From the NCBI GenBank assembly GCA_964622215.1, contig CAZUNT010000009.1:2081-66080 (forward strand): a DNA stretch of 64,000 bases. Reading direction: 5' to 3'. The first letter of the stretch is position 1, and the number at the start of each line of letters is the position of its first letter. Source of the DNA: an uncultured Caldilineaceae bacterium. Lineage in GTDB: Bacteria; Chloroflexota; Anaerolineae; 4572-78; J111. The position numbers and the translations under genes are program-made. Below are positions 8,624 to 18,236 of the stretch, piece after piece. Below the pieces are notes generated by a model. It was not told where the DNA came from, ran no database searches, and saw only the letters and a list, made by a program, of their open reading frames with translations.

Positions 8624-8836
8624 ATGAGTTGGATTGATATCGGCGACTGGGCCGAGGCAATGAGCTTAAAACTGGAACAACAGCGGCGCGAACGGCTAAA
8701 AGTAGCCGCCAAACATTTTGGGCTGGATGTGCTGGACATCCTGGGCGACAAGGAACTCGAACAGCAGGTGCTGGCCCGCTACGAAGCCGCCGGCCTGCCC
8801 TGGCCCGTTTTGGATGAAGAAGAGGAAGACGAATAG
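8624..8836 (+). CDS. Small acidic hypothetical protein (70 aa) between fwdD and fwdB
   Basis: GGAGGA SD 8 nt upstream of the ATG. C-terminal EEEEDE tail. No family recognised. Confidence 0.5.
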   Translation: MSWIDIGDWAEAMSLKLEQQRRERLKVAAKHFGLDVLDILGDKELEQQVLARYEAAGLPWPVLDEEEEDE

Positions 8837-8913
8837 TGATTAGTAAACAGTAAACAGTAAACAGTAATCAGTAATCAGTAATACTAATTACTGATCACTG
8901 ATTACTGATTACT
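8837..8913. repeat. Heptamer tandem-repeat palindrome (STRR-like)
   Basis: (GTAAACA)x3-(GTAATCA)x2 ... (TGATTAC/TGATCAC) arms form a long hairpin. Followed by ATTTTTTGAGGAG and the fwdB ATG. Confidence 0.8.
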
Positions 8914-8931
8914 ATTTTTTGAGGAGAATCA

Positions 8932-10275
8932 ATGAGTGACAATATTCGTATTATCGAAAATGCAACCTGTACCTTCTGCGGCTGTGTTTGCGATGATATG
9001 GTCCTGACCGTAGACTTGGACCAAAAGCGCATCACCAAGACCAAAAATGCCTGTGTGTTGGGCAAAGCCTGGTTTAGCGAACATGTCGTGGAAAATCGCC
9101 CTTTTGCCCTGATTGACGGTAAGGAAGCCACCACGGCCGAAGCCGTCGAGTCGGCGGCGCAAATCCTGGCCCAGGCCTGTTATCCGGCGATTTATGGTTT
9201 GAGCGATACCACCTGCGAGGCTCAGCGCCAGGCCGTCGCCATTGCCGATATGCTCGGCGCAAATATCGGCACCACCAGCGAGGTGTGTCACGGGCCGTCG
9301 GGGATTGCCTTCCAGGGCGTCGGCGAGAGTACGGCTACGCTGGGCGAAATTAGAAACCGGGCCGACTTGGTCATCTTCTGGGGCAGTAACCCGGCTGAGT
9401 CCCACCCCCGCCACTTTGCCAGGTACTCGGTCACGCCCAAGGGCATGTTCGTTCCCAACGGCAAGAAAGACCGCACCGTTGTGCTGGTGGACGTGCGCCG
9501 CACCCCCAGCGCGCCGGTGGCCGACATCTTTATCCAGGTGAAACCGCGCCGGGATTTTGAATTGCTGTGGGCTTTGCGCGCCCTGGTCAAGGGCCAGCGG
9601 GTTGATCCCTCCGTGGAGGAGCTGACCGGCGTTTCCCTGGCCGCGATGCAGGATTTGGTCGAGCGCATGAAGAAGTGCCGGTATGGAGTGTTGTTCTTTG
9701 GGATGGGCCTGACCATGACTCGAGGCCGGCATTTTAACACGGGGGCGCTGATGTCCCTGGGCACCGATCTAAACGAATTTACCCATTTTGTGGTCAAACC
9801 GATGCGCGGCCACGGCAACGTCACCGGGGCCGATAATGTCGTCGCCTGGCAGACGGGGTTTCCCTTTGCCGTCAATTTCAGCCGAGGTTATCCCCGTTTT
9901 AACCCAGGTGAGTTTTCTGCGGTTGACCTGCTGGCGCGAGGTGAAGCCGATGCGCTGCTGGTCATTGCCAGCGACCCGGCCTCCAATTTTGCGCAGGGGG
10001 CCATCGACGCGATGCACCGTATCCCGGTCATCGTGCTCGATCCCAAATTTACCCATACCGCCCGGTTGGCTCGCGTCGCTTTTACCACCGCTACCTACGG
10101 TATCAACGTAGCCGGTACGGCCTATCGGATGGACGATGTGCCCATCACCCTCCGTCCCGCCTTCGAGTCCCCCTACCCCAGCGATGAGGAAGTGCTCACG
10201 GCCATCAGGAAGCGGCTGCAAGAACTGTTGAAGGATAGACCGGTCCAGGTCATGCCGCCGGTGGGGGGGGCGTAA
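8932..10275 (+). CDS. fwdB: Formylmethanofuran dehydrogenase subunit B (molybdo/tungstopterin subunit family)
   Basis: N-terminal CTFCGCVCDD...NAC Fe-S-like cysteine pattern, a TSEVCHGPSG (Cys-His) motif, and IFWGSNPAESHPRH. 447 aa. Confidence 0.85.
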   Translation: MSDNIRIIENATCTFCGCVCDDMVLTVDLDQKRITKTKNACVLGKAWFSEHVVENRPFALIDGKEATTAEAVESAAQILAQACYPAIYGLSDTTCEAQRQAVAIADMLGANIGTTSEVCHGPSGIAFQGVGESTATLGEIRNRADLVIFWGSNPAESHPRHFARYSVTPKGMFVPNGKKDRTVVLVDVRRTPSAPVADIFIQVKPRRDFELLWALRALVKGQRVDPSVEELTGVSLAAMQDLVERMKKCRYGVLFFGMGLTMTRGRHFNTGALMSLGTDLNEFTHFVVKPMRGHGNVTGADNVVAWQTGFPFAVNFSRGYPRFNPGEFSAVDLLARGEADALLVIASDPASNFAQGAIDAMHRIPVIVLDPKFTHTARLARVAFTTATYGINVAGTAYRMDDVPITLRPAFESPYPSDEEVLTAIRKRLQELLKDRPVQVMPPVGGA

Positions 10276-10504
10276 GGTTCAAGACCGCCGACCGCCGACG
10301 GCCGACCGCCGTTAAGGAAATCATGGCGGTGATAGCAGAGTGGTTTTGGGCGATGCCGGGCGAAGCTGTATAAAAAACGTTGAGGGGGTCTTAAGGAGAA
10401 ATATGCCTCATAAGGCCCCTTTTGGAGAGGGAGAAGAATTCCATAAAAGTTCCATAGACTCACAAGTTGGGCGGACTCGTTGCAAATGAAAGTAGGGTAA
10501 TCTA

Positions 10505-11686
10505 ATGAAACATTTGCTAATTGCGACTATTGCTGGACTTGCACTTGTAATGGTGACTGGTGGCATTCTTGTAGCACTAGCAAGTAGCCCTCTATATCAG
10601 ACAACAGCAATGAAAAATATAATACCTCTGACATCTTCCTGTGATAAGGGTCCAATTAATCCTCCTGATTTGGCAACCGGTAACTTGGAGGAAGATGCCA
10701 AGGATTGGGGTGTCTTCTGTGATTTGGGGACGCCGACATGGGTCTTAACAGATGTTACAACACCGGCACTTGACGGCAAATCACTTCGTTGCTCAATTAC
10801 CGGAGGTCAACCCAATTCTCATGTGCATTGCTATAGAAACTTACTATCAGAACCAGCAGCGAGTGTTTTTGTACTGACCATGCCCTTTTATTTTACCCCT
10901 GCAACAACATGTAACAACCAAGGGGAATCTTCCATAATCCAAGCACTTGAATTCACCATGAGCAAGTGGCATCAGGGTCAACGCTATGAGTTTGCCGTTC
11001 AATGGGAAAATGTTGCCGAGACTCCTGGGGATGGCGCTCCTCAGTGGCGCTATTGGAATTCCTCTCAATGGGTGCCTTTCAACCCCAAAATCACCCAATG
11101 CCTAGCAGCAGGACAGTGGTACACCCTTACGTTGGAAGGGGAGATTGTTAATAGTCAAGTGCATTACCACAGATTTGCTATTACTAATACGAATCATATT
11201 CTTGATTTGACAGTTCCTCCCATTCCTGACTCAGCGCATGATGATGGCCTAGCGATTGCCGTTCAACTGGATGGAAATTTCCAAGAGGATGCTTATGATG
11301 TATTTGTTGATCGAGTAAGCTTCGTGAGAAAGCCCGCTCTAAGCGTGACCAAACAAGCTAACCCCAGTCCAGTGCAGGATGGAGCACAACTGAAATACAC
11401 TATCCATGTCACTAATAATACGAATGTGACTCTCACTGCTACTGTAACAGACATCTTGCCAAGCTATGTCGCACCTAGCGAAGTCCTTGTTTGGACGCCG
11501 ACTATCACTGCACCCGGTGGCGTCTGGACACAACAGACTATCGTCACTGTTGAGACGGGTTTTACAGGATCACTGACCAACAAGGTTCAAGCCACGACTG
11601 GGGGAGGCGTTATAGATACAGCTAGTGTCACAGTCTGTGCCAATTATTGTCTTACATATCTTCCAATAATTCTAAAGAATTCATGA
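10505..11686 (+). CDS. Membrane-anchored/secreted protein with a C-terminal DUF11-like repeat domain
   Basis: N-terminal TM helix. C-terminal LKYTIHVTNNTNVTLTATVTDILP is a DUF11-type motif. The gene is AT-richer than its neighbours. Confidence 0.6.
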   Translation: MKHLLIATIAGLALVMVTGGILVALASSPLYQTTAMKNIIPLTSSCDKGPINPPDLATGNLEEDAKDWGVFCDLGTPTWVLTDVTTPALDGKSLRCSITGGQPNSHVHCYRNLLSEPAASVFVLTMPFYFTPATTCNNQGESSIIQALEFTMSKWHQGQRYEFAVQWENVAETPGDGAPQWRYWNSSQWVPFNPKITQCLAAGQWYTLTLEGEIVNSQVHYHRFAITNTNHILDLTVPPIPDSAHDDGLAIAVQLDGNFQEDAYDVFVDRVSFVRKPALSVTKQANPSPVQDGAQLKYTIHVTNNTNVTLTATVTDILPSYVAPSEVLVWTPTITAPGGVWTQQTIVTVETGFTGSLTNKVQATTGGGVIDTASVTVCANYCLTYLPIILKNS

Positions 11687-11882
11687 TGATAAAAATGTGA
11701 GTATCAAATCAACCCAAGGTCCGCCCACCGGCTTGCACCCGACTGCCTACCAGCCGGTTTATCAACCACACTTTGCCAGCGAAAATGCCTTTGATTGGGA
11801 TGAGGCTTGCTGGCCCGGCAGTAGGTGAAGTCGAAGCGTTGGGTGGATGAGAATGACGAACAACATTATGATGAAATGAGAT

Positions 11883-12530
11883 ATGGAAAATCAAATCGTT
11901 ACTCGACAAATCATAGAAAAGTGTATTTTATGTCTAGTAAATGAATTCTTACAAGAACCATTTACTTTTTTTAATGAAGCAGAAGCCGTAACTCGATTTC
12001 ATAAGCTACTCATTGGCGAACAAAGTTTTAGTCGTTCAGTAAAAACCCAAGATGGTCACGAGATTAGTCAAATTCACCTGGAATACCCAACACCTTTTGC
12101 AAAAGAAGACTCATCAAAACGCCAAGAGGCGTATGGTAAATATGACGTTACTATTCTAAATCCTGAATATATTAAAAATAATCAAGTTGATGATGTAGCA
12201 AAGCCTGATCTAAAATCCAGACGAGACAACGAGCCAAAACCATTTATAGCAACAATTGAGTTGAAGTTACACTATGAGTCATTGGGTAAAAATCGTGCGG
12301 ATGATATTGTGGCCGCTTTACTCAAACTAGATTTAAGTCAAAAATACACAGAATTTCGATATTTGATATGTTTGCAAAGATATCTTGATAGAAATTTAAA
12401 TAAGTGGAACGAAAATTGGCCTATAGTTGAAAAAGCGCAGAGTAAGTATGATATATCTAGCATAATAGGAATATATTGGCGACGGTTTCCGGAAAATAAA
12501 CCGAAAATTTATTTTGGAAAGTGGTTGTAA
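11883..12530 (+). CDS. Hypothetical protein, possible PD-(D/E)xK nuclease fold
   Basis: AT-rich ORF of 215 aa. YDVTIL ... IELK spacing is compatible with a D...ExK motif. This is weak evidence. Confidence 0.45.
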   Translation: MENQIVTRQIIEKCILCLVNEFLQEPFTFFNEAEAVTRFHKLLIGEQSFSRSVKTQDGHEISQIHLEYPTPFAKEDSSKRQEAYGKYDVTILNPEYIKNNQVDDVAKPDLKSRRDNEPKPFIATIELKLHYESLGKNRADDIVAALLKLDLSQKYTEFRYLICLQRYLDRNLNKWNENWPIVEKAQSKYDISSIIGIYWRRFPENKPKIYFGKWL

Positions 12531-12779
12531 ACACAAAAAGGTTCATAAGTAGCGACGTTGCATGCAACGTCGCTACAAAATTAGACAATATTCGGCATAT
12601 TACCGAGAATTGGATAACCGTTGAAAATTAGCGAGAAAGCCGGCGCTGTTATGCAAGCTCGATGATTGAAATCATCGGCTGATACAGGAAGTGCGTTCAA
12701 AACGCACTAGACGGCTGTATTTCAACCCGTTTCAACGGGTTTTCCATTACCAGCGGGGCGTTTCAACGCTTCGCTCCAA

Positions 12780-12876
12780 GGCCGGTAAGTTTACAGTACC
12801 GCCATAATAATGTATTCGGAAACCCATTTTTAAGGCTGATTCGTAGTGAAGTAGAAGCGCTGGTAGATGAAAAGAC
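12780..12876 (+). pseudogene. Decayed fragment duplicating codons about 38-70 of the 13261-13611 gene
   Basis: About 90% identical by eye to 13375-13470 (…AAGTTACAGTACCGCC…GGAAACCC…TTTTTAAGGCTGATTCG…GAAGTAGAA…CTGGTAGATGAAAAG), with a 1-nt indel and an in-frame stop. Confidence 0.7.
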
Positions 12877-12903
12877 CTAATGTCTGATGTGAAAAGACAA
12901 TTT

Positions 12904-13098
12904 GGACCACGAAAACTTCGGCACTGGGTTCACTTAATGAGAAACAGAAAAATGGAACACAGAGAACACGGAGAAGTCACAGAGTTCACAAAGAATCTCT
13001 GAGTTCTCTGTGTCTTCTTTGTGTTCTCTGTGTTAAAATCTTAAAATTCCATTGAGCGACCCCAGTACTTCGAAATAGCGCGAAAAATGTCGTGGTCC
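12904..13098. repeat. CACAGAG/CACGGAG-heptamer hairpin element (same core as 20133-20296)
   Basis: The core ACACGGAGAAGTCACAGAGTT is shared with 20183-20203. The outer stem is GGACCACG/CGTGGTCC. Confidence 0.6.
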
Positions 13099-13260
13099 CA
13101 AAGATGTTGGGCATTTCCAATACATCTTAAGGACCGAGGCTGAATCCGTCGGTCACGCAAGCGAGAGCGAAGCCCTAATGGGCTGGATTCTTAGCTCGCA
13201 GAGCTTCGCCCTCTCAGCGCGGCGGCTTCAGCCCCGCGCTATAATCGAGGAGTAGATTCG

Positions 13261-13611
13261 ATGTACCCTGGCGAAGCAGATTCTATTTGGACCAAAAAAG
13301 GGGCTACGCTGAGTGACAAATCGGCTCGAAAAGAGTTTGGGTTGACCCAAGAAGAAATTATTGAGGGAATCAGGGCCGGCAAGTTACAGTACCGCCAGAA
13401 TAATGTGTTCGGAAACCCCTTTTTAAGGCTGATTCGCAGTGAAGTAGAATCGCTGGTAGATGAAAAGTATGGAAATAACTACCTTAAGCAGAAAAAACTC
13501 AAGCAGGAGTTAACCCAGGTCAATGCAGAACTAAAGCGATTGAAAGCTCAAGTAGCCTCCCTGGAACAGAGAAAAGCTGAGTTACTGGCTAGTTTTAATG
13601 AAAATGTCTGA
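13261..13611 (+). CDS. Small protein with an excisionase/MerR-like HTH-type N-terminal half and a C-terminal coiled coil
   Basis: LTQEEIIEGIRAGKLQY...LRLIRSEVESLV resembles Xis-type wHTH. The C-terminus KQELTQVNAELKRLKAQVASLEQRKAELL is a heptad coiled coil. Confidence 0.5.
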   Translation: MYPGEADSIWTKKGATLSDKSARKEFGLTQEEIIEGIRAGKLQYRQNNVFGNPFLRLIRSEVESLVDEKYGNNYLKQKKLKQELTQVNAELKRLKAQVASLEQRKAELLASFNENV

Positions 13612-13658
13612 GGCGTTACTTTCATCGGCAAGAACCATGGGGGAGGAAGGAAAATAAC

Positions 13659-14354
13659 ATGCCTGTCTTTCATCGTGAGCGGCACCGGACCCAGCACATC
13701 GGCTGGCTGCGTGCCGCCGTTTTGGGCGCAAACGACGGTATCGTCTCCACCGCCAGTCTGGTGGTCGGGGTGGCTGCGTCAAATTCTACCCACAATGCAG
13801 TGCTGGTGGCCGGTGTTGCCGGTTTGGTGGCCGGCGCCATGTCTATGGCGGCGGGCGAGTATGTTTCGGTCAGCTCGCAGTCGGATACCGAACAGGCGGA
13901 TCTCGAGCGGGAGCGAACGGAACTTGCGACCGATAAAGATAACGAGAAAAAAGAGCTGGCCGCCATCTACGTTGAACGGGGACTTGAAGCCGGGCTTGCC
14001 CAACAAGTCGCTGAACAATTCATGACCAGGGATGCGCTGGCCGCCCATGCCCGGGATGAACTCGGCATCTCCGAAACGATCACCGCCCGGCCTGTTCAGG
14101 CCGCGCTGACATCCGCTGCAACGTTTGCCGTTGGCGCTGCCCTCCCTCTACTTGTCGTCATCGTTGCGCCTGCCGCTAACCTGGGGCTGTTTGTGGCCGG
14201 AACTTCGCTCTTCTTTCTCGCCCTGCTGGGAGCACTAGCGGCTTATACCGGCGGGGCGCGCATCCTCGTCGGCACGGCCCGGGTCACCTTCTGGGGCGCT
14301 CTGGCTATGGCCCTGACGGCCGGCGTAGGCGCTTTGTTTGGAACGACGGTGTGA
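13659..14354 (+). CDS. VIT1/CCC1-family iron/manganese transporter
   Basis: [37 protein letters not shown] plus C-terminal TM helices are typical of the VIT family. Confidence 0.8.
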   Translation: MPVFHRERHRTQHIGWLRAAVLGANDGIVSTASLVVGVAASNSTHNAVLVAGVAGLVAGAMSMAAGEYVSVSSQSDTEQADLERERTELATDKDNEKKELAAIYVERGLEAGLAQQVAEQFMTRDALAAHARDELGISETITARPVQAALTSAATFAVGAALPLLVVIVAPAANLGLFVAGTSLFFLALLGALAAYTGGARILVGTARVTFWGALAMALTAGVGALFGTTV

Positions 14355-14454
14355 AAACGCTTACAGGGAAGGTTACCAGATAAATTATAACTTTTTATCC
14401 TCACGCTGGGATGCGGCCCGGAAGCCGCAACCTATGGAAAGGCAGGGTGACTGT

Positions 14455-16101
14455 ATGACAGCAACATTTCGGATTGTCAACGGTCGGGTGTATGACCCGA
14501 TCAACGGCATAGACGGCGAGGTGCGCGACGTGTGTGTGCAGGACGGCAAAATCGTCGAGAGCGTGCCACCGGAGGCCAAACGGATTGACGCCACAGGCAT
14601 GGTGGTCATGCCCGGTGGGGTGGATATTCACTGTCACATCGCCGGCCCCAAAGTCAACATGGCCCGCAAGTTGCAGCCCGAAGATCACCGCTTCGACGTT
14701 CAGCCACGCACGGCCTTCACTCGTTCCGGTACGGGCGGCACGGTGCCATCCACCTTCGCCACCGGTTATCGTTATGCGGCCATGGGCTATACTACGGCTA
14801 TGGAAGCTGCCGTCCCTCCCCTGGGGGCGCGCCACACCCTGGAAGAATTGCACGATACGCCCATCATTGATAAAGGCTTCTACGTCCTCATGGGTAATAA
14901 TGTGCTGCTCTACCGGCTGCTCAAAGAGGGCCGCTATGAAGAGTTCCGCGAGGCCGTAGCCTGGTGGCTGAATGCCAGCCGGGCCTATACCATCAAGCTG
15001 GTCAACCCCGGCGGTGACGAACCCTGGAAGGGGCAGCGTAACGCCAACATCACCAATCTGGGCGAAGAAATTGACGCCTTTGGCTTTACCCCGCGCCAGA
15101 TCATCAAGGCCCTCATCGATGCGGCCGACGATCTGGGTTTGCCCCACCCGGCCCACATTCACTGCAACAATCTGGGCCTGGCCGGCAACTCCGATACGAC
15201 CCTGGAAACTATGCGCGCCGCCGACGGCCGCCGCGCCCACCTGACCCATATTCAGTTTCATTCCTACGGGGGCGAGTTTGGCCGCAAACCGACCTCCAAG
15301 GCCGCCGAGATTGCCGAATACATCAACACTCACCCGGAGATTAGCGCCGATGTCGGCCAGGTGATGTTTGGCAAAGCCACCGGCATGACCGCCGATGCAC
15401 CGCTGGGTTGGATGCTGCGCCGGATCAGCGGCAACAAGTGGGTTAATGCCGACACCGAACACGAGAGCGGCTGCGGTATCGTCCCCTTTGCCTACAGCGA
15501 TAAAAATTATGTCCATTCCTTGCAATGGGGTATCGGGCTGGAGTTATTACTGCTAACCAAAGACCCCTGGCGTATGATCCTGTCCACCGACCATCCCAAC
15601 GGCGGCTCTTTTATGAGTTATCCCAAACTGATTCGTCTGCTGATGGATCGCCAGTTTCGGGCTGAGCAGGTCCGCTCGGTCAACCAAAAGGCGATGGAGC
15701 AAACCGTCTTGTTGGATGGCCTGGAGCGTGAGTACACTCTGCGAGAGATCGCCATCATCACCCGCGCCGGCCCGGCCAAACTGCTGGGGCTGCGGCACAA
15801 AGGCCACCTGGGTGTCGGCGCTGATGCGGATATTACCATCTACATGGAGCAGGACGACAAAGAGGAAATGTTCAGCACTCCACGCTACGTGTTCAAAAAC
15901 GGCCAGATCATCATCGAAGGCGGCGAATTTCGAGCTGACTGCGATGGACGAATTCTGCATGTAGCACCCGACTACGACCCCAAAATCGAGCAGATCATCC
16001 GGCCTTTCTTCGAGGACTACTACTCCATCCAGTTTGAGAACTACGCCGTCAGTGAAAAATATCTACATCAGCATCAAGTGACGCCAACGGCTAATCAGTG
16101 A
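14455..16101 (+). CDS. fwdA: Formylmethanofuran dehydrogenase subunit A (amidohydrolase)
   Basis: [15 protein letters not shown]..., [13 protein letters not shown] (HxH), [17 protein letters not shown]. Start moved to the ATG at 14455, giving 548 aa. Confidence 0.9.
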   Translation: MTATFRIVNGRVYDPINGIDGEVRDVCVQDGKIVESVPPEAKRIDATGMVVMPGGVDIHCHIAGPKVNMARKLQPEDHRFDVQPRTAFTRSGTGGTVPSTFATGYRYAAMGYTTAMEAAVPPLGARHTLEELHDTPIIDKGFYVLMGNNVLLYRLLKEGRYEEFREAVAWWLNASRAYTIKLVNPGGDEPWKGQRNANITNLGEEIDAFGFTPRQIIKALIDAADDLGLPHPAHIHCNNLGLAGNSDTTLETMRAADGRRAHLTHIQFHSYGGEFGRKPTSKAAEIAEYINTHPEISADVGQVMFGKATGMTADAPLGWMLRRISGNKWVNADTEHESGCGIVPFAYSDKNYVHSLQWGIGLELLLLTKDPWRMILSTDHPNGGSFMSYPKLIRLLMDRQFRAEQVRSVNQKAMEQTVLLDGLEREYTLREIAIITRAGPAKLLGLRHKGHLGVGADADITIYMEQDDKEEMFSTPRYVFKNGQIIIEGGEFRADCDGRILHVAPDYDPKIEQIIRPFFEDYYSIQFENYAVSEKYLHQHQVTPTANQ

Positions 16102-16108
16102 GTGAACT

Positions 16109-16168
16109 GGTTGAAGGTTAAAGGTCAAAGGTTTCTAACGGACAACATTCAACCTTTAACCTGAAACC
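16109..16168. repeat. Heptamer tandem-repeat palindrome (STRR-like)
   Basis: GGTTGAA GGTTAAA GGTCAAA ... TTCAACC TTTAACC TGAAACC, followed by CTATTTTTGAGGAG and the ftr ATG. Confidence 0.75.
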
Positions 16169-16194
16169 TACAACTATTTTTGAGGAGCAGGGCT

Positions 16195-17100
16195 ATGTAT
16201 ATCCAAAATACCGAAATTGTTGATACCTTTGCCGAAGCTTTCAAGATGTGGGCAGCGCGGGTCATCATCACCGCCGAGACACCCCAGTGGGCGATGAACG
16301 CGGCCCTGTCGATGACCGGCTTCGCCACTTCGATTATTGGCTGCAAGTGCGAGGCCGGGATCGAGGCGGAACTGCCGCCCGCCGAAACATTGGATGGACG
16401 CCCCGGCGTAAGCGTGCTGTTTTTTACGGTTAAAGCCGACGATATGGGTAAGCGCCTGTTAGAGCGGGTGGGCCAGTGCGTGCTGACCTGTCCGACTACG
16501 GCCTGTTTTGATGGACTACCGGCCGAACAAAGCGTTGTCGTCGGTGGGCAGTTGCGCTTTTTTGGCGATGGCTACCAGATCAGCAAGGTCTTGGAGGGCC
16601 GGCGTTTCTGGCGTATCCCGGTCATGGAGGGCGAGTTTTTGGTTGACGAGCGCTTTGGGGTCCAGCCGGCCATTGGCGGCGGCAATATTCTGATTCTAGG
16701 CCGGAATGTGACTGCCACCTTGCACGCGACCGAGGCGGCTGCGGCGGCGATGCGGACCGTGCCCGGCGTCATTTTGCCCTTCCCCGGCGGGATCGTCCGC
16801 AGTGGCAGCAAGACACGCTCTCGCTACAAGGGGTTGTTCGCCTCCACTAACGACGCCTTCTGTCCCACCCTGCGCGGCTTTGCCATCGAAACCCAGGTGC
16901 CGCCTGAGGCGGGCTGCGTGCTGGAAATTGTGATTGATGGGCTAGATCTGCCGGCGGTCGAGGAGGCCACGCGGCGGGGTATGATTGCGGCGGCTGAAAC
17001 GGGCGATGCCTTGCAAATATCGGCCGGTAACTACGGCGGAACACTGGGCCAGTATCAAATCAAGCTGCACAGTGTGTTAGATGGAGTTAGTGTTCAGTAA
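16195..17100 (+). CDS. ftr: Formylmethanofuran:tetrahydromethanopterin N-formyltransferase
   Basis: MYIQNTEIVDTFAEAFKMWAARVIITA...SMTGFATSIIGC is typical of Ftr/FhcD. 301 aa from the ATG at 16195 (GAGGAG SD). Confidence 0.9.
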   Translation: MYIQNTEIVDTFAEAFKMWAARVIITAETPQWAMNAALSMTGFATSIIGCKCEAGIEAELPPAETLDGRPGVSVLFFTVKADDMGKRLLERVGQCVLTCPTTACFDGLPAEQSVVVGGQLRFFGDGYQISKVLEGRRFWRIPVMEGEFLVDERFGVQPAIGGGNILILGRNVTATLHATEAAAAAMRTVPGVILPFPGGIVRSGSKTRSRYKGLFASTNDAFCPTLRGFAIETQVPPEAGCVLEIVIDGLDLPAVEEATRRGMIAAAETGDALQISAGNYGGTLGQYQIKLHSVLDGVSVQ

Positions 17101-17224
17101 TCAGTGATTAGTAAACAGTAAACAGTAAACAGTAAACAGTAATCAGTGTTTACTGTTCACTGTTCACTGCTAACTGTTCACTGTTCACTGTTCACTGTTC
17201 ACTGTTCACTGTTCACTGCTAACT
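17101..17224. repeat. Heptamer tandem-repeat palindrome (STRR-like), 124 bp
   Basis: (GTAAACA)x4 on the left arm and (TGTTCAC)x9 or so on the right arm. It fills the whole ftr-fwdC spacer. Confidence 0.85.
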
Positions 17225-17236
17225 GTGAGGAATCCT

Positions 17237-18055
17237 ATGAGCATCACTTTAACTTTACAAACCGACTTGACGGCGCCGTTAGAGGCCGAAGTTATTACAC
17301 CCAACCGGCTGGCGGGCCTGAACCAGGCCGGGATTGCGGCCCTGCCGGTTCAACATGGTAATCAAAAAGCAGCCCTGGGTGATTTTTTCCGGGTGACTGG
17401 GTCTAGCAATGGCGAGATACGGGTGGAAGGTGACCTGAGCCGGGTTAAGCTGATTGGCGCGGGCATGACCCGGGGACGAATCGTGGTTGCCGGTAATGTA
17501 GGCATGCATGTCGGCGCGGGCATGCGGGGCGGCGAAATTGCGGTTGAAGGCAACGCCGGCGACTGGGCCGGAGCCGAGATGGTGGGCGGCCGGCTGGAAA
17601 TCAAGGGCCATGCCGGTCACCTGGTCGGCAGCGGCTACCGGGGCAGCGCCAGCGGCATGCAGGGGGGTGAAATTATCGTGTTTGGCAACGCGGGTAACGA
17701 GGTTGGCGGAGCCATGCGGCGCGGACTGATTGCCATTGGCGGCGATAGCGGCGATTTTACCGGTGTGAATGTGTTGGCCGGTACAATCATCGTTTTGGGC
17801 CGGCTTGGTTGGCGTAGCGGCGCGGGTATGAAACGCGGCTCAATTATCTCGATGCACGATGCTCCCATTCTGCCCACCTATACTTTTGCCTGCACCTACC
17901 GGCCTACGTTTCTGCCCATCTATCTCCGGCGGCTCCGCTCGCTGGGCCTACCGATTGACGATCGGCAGATCACCGGTTATTACCGGCGTTGGAGCGGCGA
18001 CTCGGTCGAACTGAACCGGGGAGAGATATTGCTGTATACGACCGCCGACCGGTAA
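17237..18055 (+). CDS. fwdC: Formylmethanofuran dehydrogenase subunit C (beta-helix)
   Basis: Repeated G-x-x-G-x-x-M-x-G-G turns (VAGNVGMHVGAGMRGGEIAVEGNAGDWAGAEMVGGRLEIKGHAG). 272 aa from the ATG at 17237. Confidence 0.9.
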   Translation: MSITLTLQTDLTAPLEAEVITPNRLAGLNQAGIAALPVQHGNQKAALGDFFRVTGSSNGEIRVEGDLSRVKLIGAGMTRGRIVVAGNVGMHVGAGMRGGEIAVEGNAGDWAGAEMVGGRLEIKGHAGHLVGSGYRGSASGMQGGEIIVFGNAGNEVGGAMRRGLIAIGGDSGDFTGVNVLAGTIIVLGRLGWRSGAGMKRGSIISMHDAPILPTYTFACTYRPTFLPIYLRRLRSLGLPIDDRQITGYYRRWSGDSVELNRGEILLYTTADR

Positions 18056-18086
18056 CCGCCGACCGCCGGAAAGTGTATGATTTACC

Positions 18087-18206
18087 GAGTATTTCCCACT
18101 TAGTAGCGTAAGTAAGGTCGCCGGAGTGCAGAATTTACGCTGTGCGTACCGGTAGCCTAAAAGCGGAATGAATTCCGCACTCCTCCACGTTAGATGGGAA
18201 ATACTC
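18087..18206. mobile_element. MITE-like element with perfect 12-bp TIRs and an 8-bp target-site duplication
   Basis: TIRs GAGTATTTCCCA (18087-18098) / TGGGAAATACTC (18195-18206). Direct repeats GATTTACC at 18079-18086 and 18207-18214. Internal GCGGAATGAATTCCGC hairpin. Confidence 0.75.
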
Positions 18207-18214
18207 GATTTACC

Positions 18215-18236
18215 TGTTTACTGTCTACTGTCTACT
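18215..18236. repeat. Short heptamer tandem repeat
   Basis: TGTTTAC TGTCTAC TGTCTAC T, followed by ATTTTTTGGGGAGG and the mch ATG. Confidence 0.6.

Noticed and set aside
10403-10489. A 28-codon ORF (MPHKAPFGEGEEFHKSSIDSQVGRTRCK) with an AAGGAG SD upstream of the DUF11 gene.
   Set aside because: It is too short to support from sequence alone and I recognised no motif. I record it only as a possible leader peptide.
11709-11909. A 66-aa - strand ORF in a GC-richer patch between the DUF11 gene and the 215-aa gene, considered as a transposase remnant.
   Set aside because: I recognised no transposase motif and found no SD. It may be a relic of native sequence inside the island, but I cannot support a call.
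12690-12780. Three closely spaced GTTTCAAC-containing hairpins, considered as degenerate CRISPR repeats, a tRNA-like element or an att site.
   Set aside because: There is no regular repeat-spacer periodicity and I could fold no cloverleaf. They most resemble the other multi-hairpin intergenic repeats.
14338-14454. The 39-codon N-terminal extension of fwdA given by the ORF track.
   Set aside because: It overlaps the end of the VIT1 gene. FwdA homologues start close to the [10 protein letters not shown]-type sequence, and a purine-rich stretch precedes the ATG at 14455.
14401-15525. A 374-aa ORF antisense to fwdA, and similar ORFs at 8929-9732 and 9288-9875 antisense to fwdB.
   Set aside because: The sense strand has unmistakable FwdA and FwdB motifs. 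The antisense products look like GC-skewed shadow frames.
8837-17224. The tandem repeats (8837-8913, 16109-16168, 17101-17224) considered as CRISPR arrays.
   Set aside because: The units are 7 nt and directly abut without spacers. The arms are inverted relative to each other, and there are no cas genes. They are STRR-like palindromes.
17146-17361. A 71-aa ORF translating to MFTVHCSLLTVHCSLFTVHCSLF...
   Set aside because: It is simply the reading of the TGTTCAC heptamer array. It also overlaps the well-supported fwdC start.
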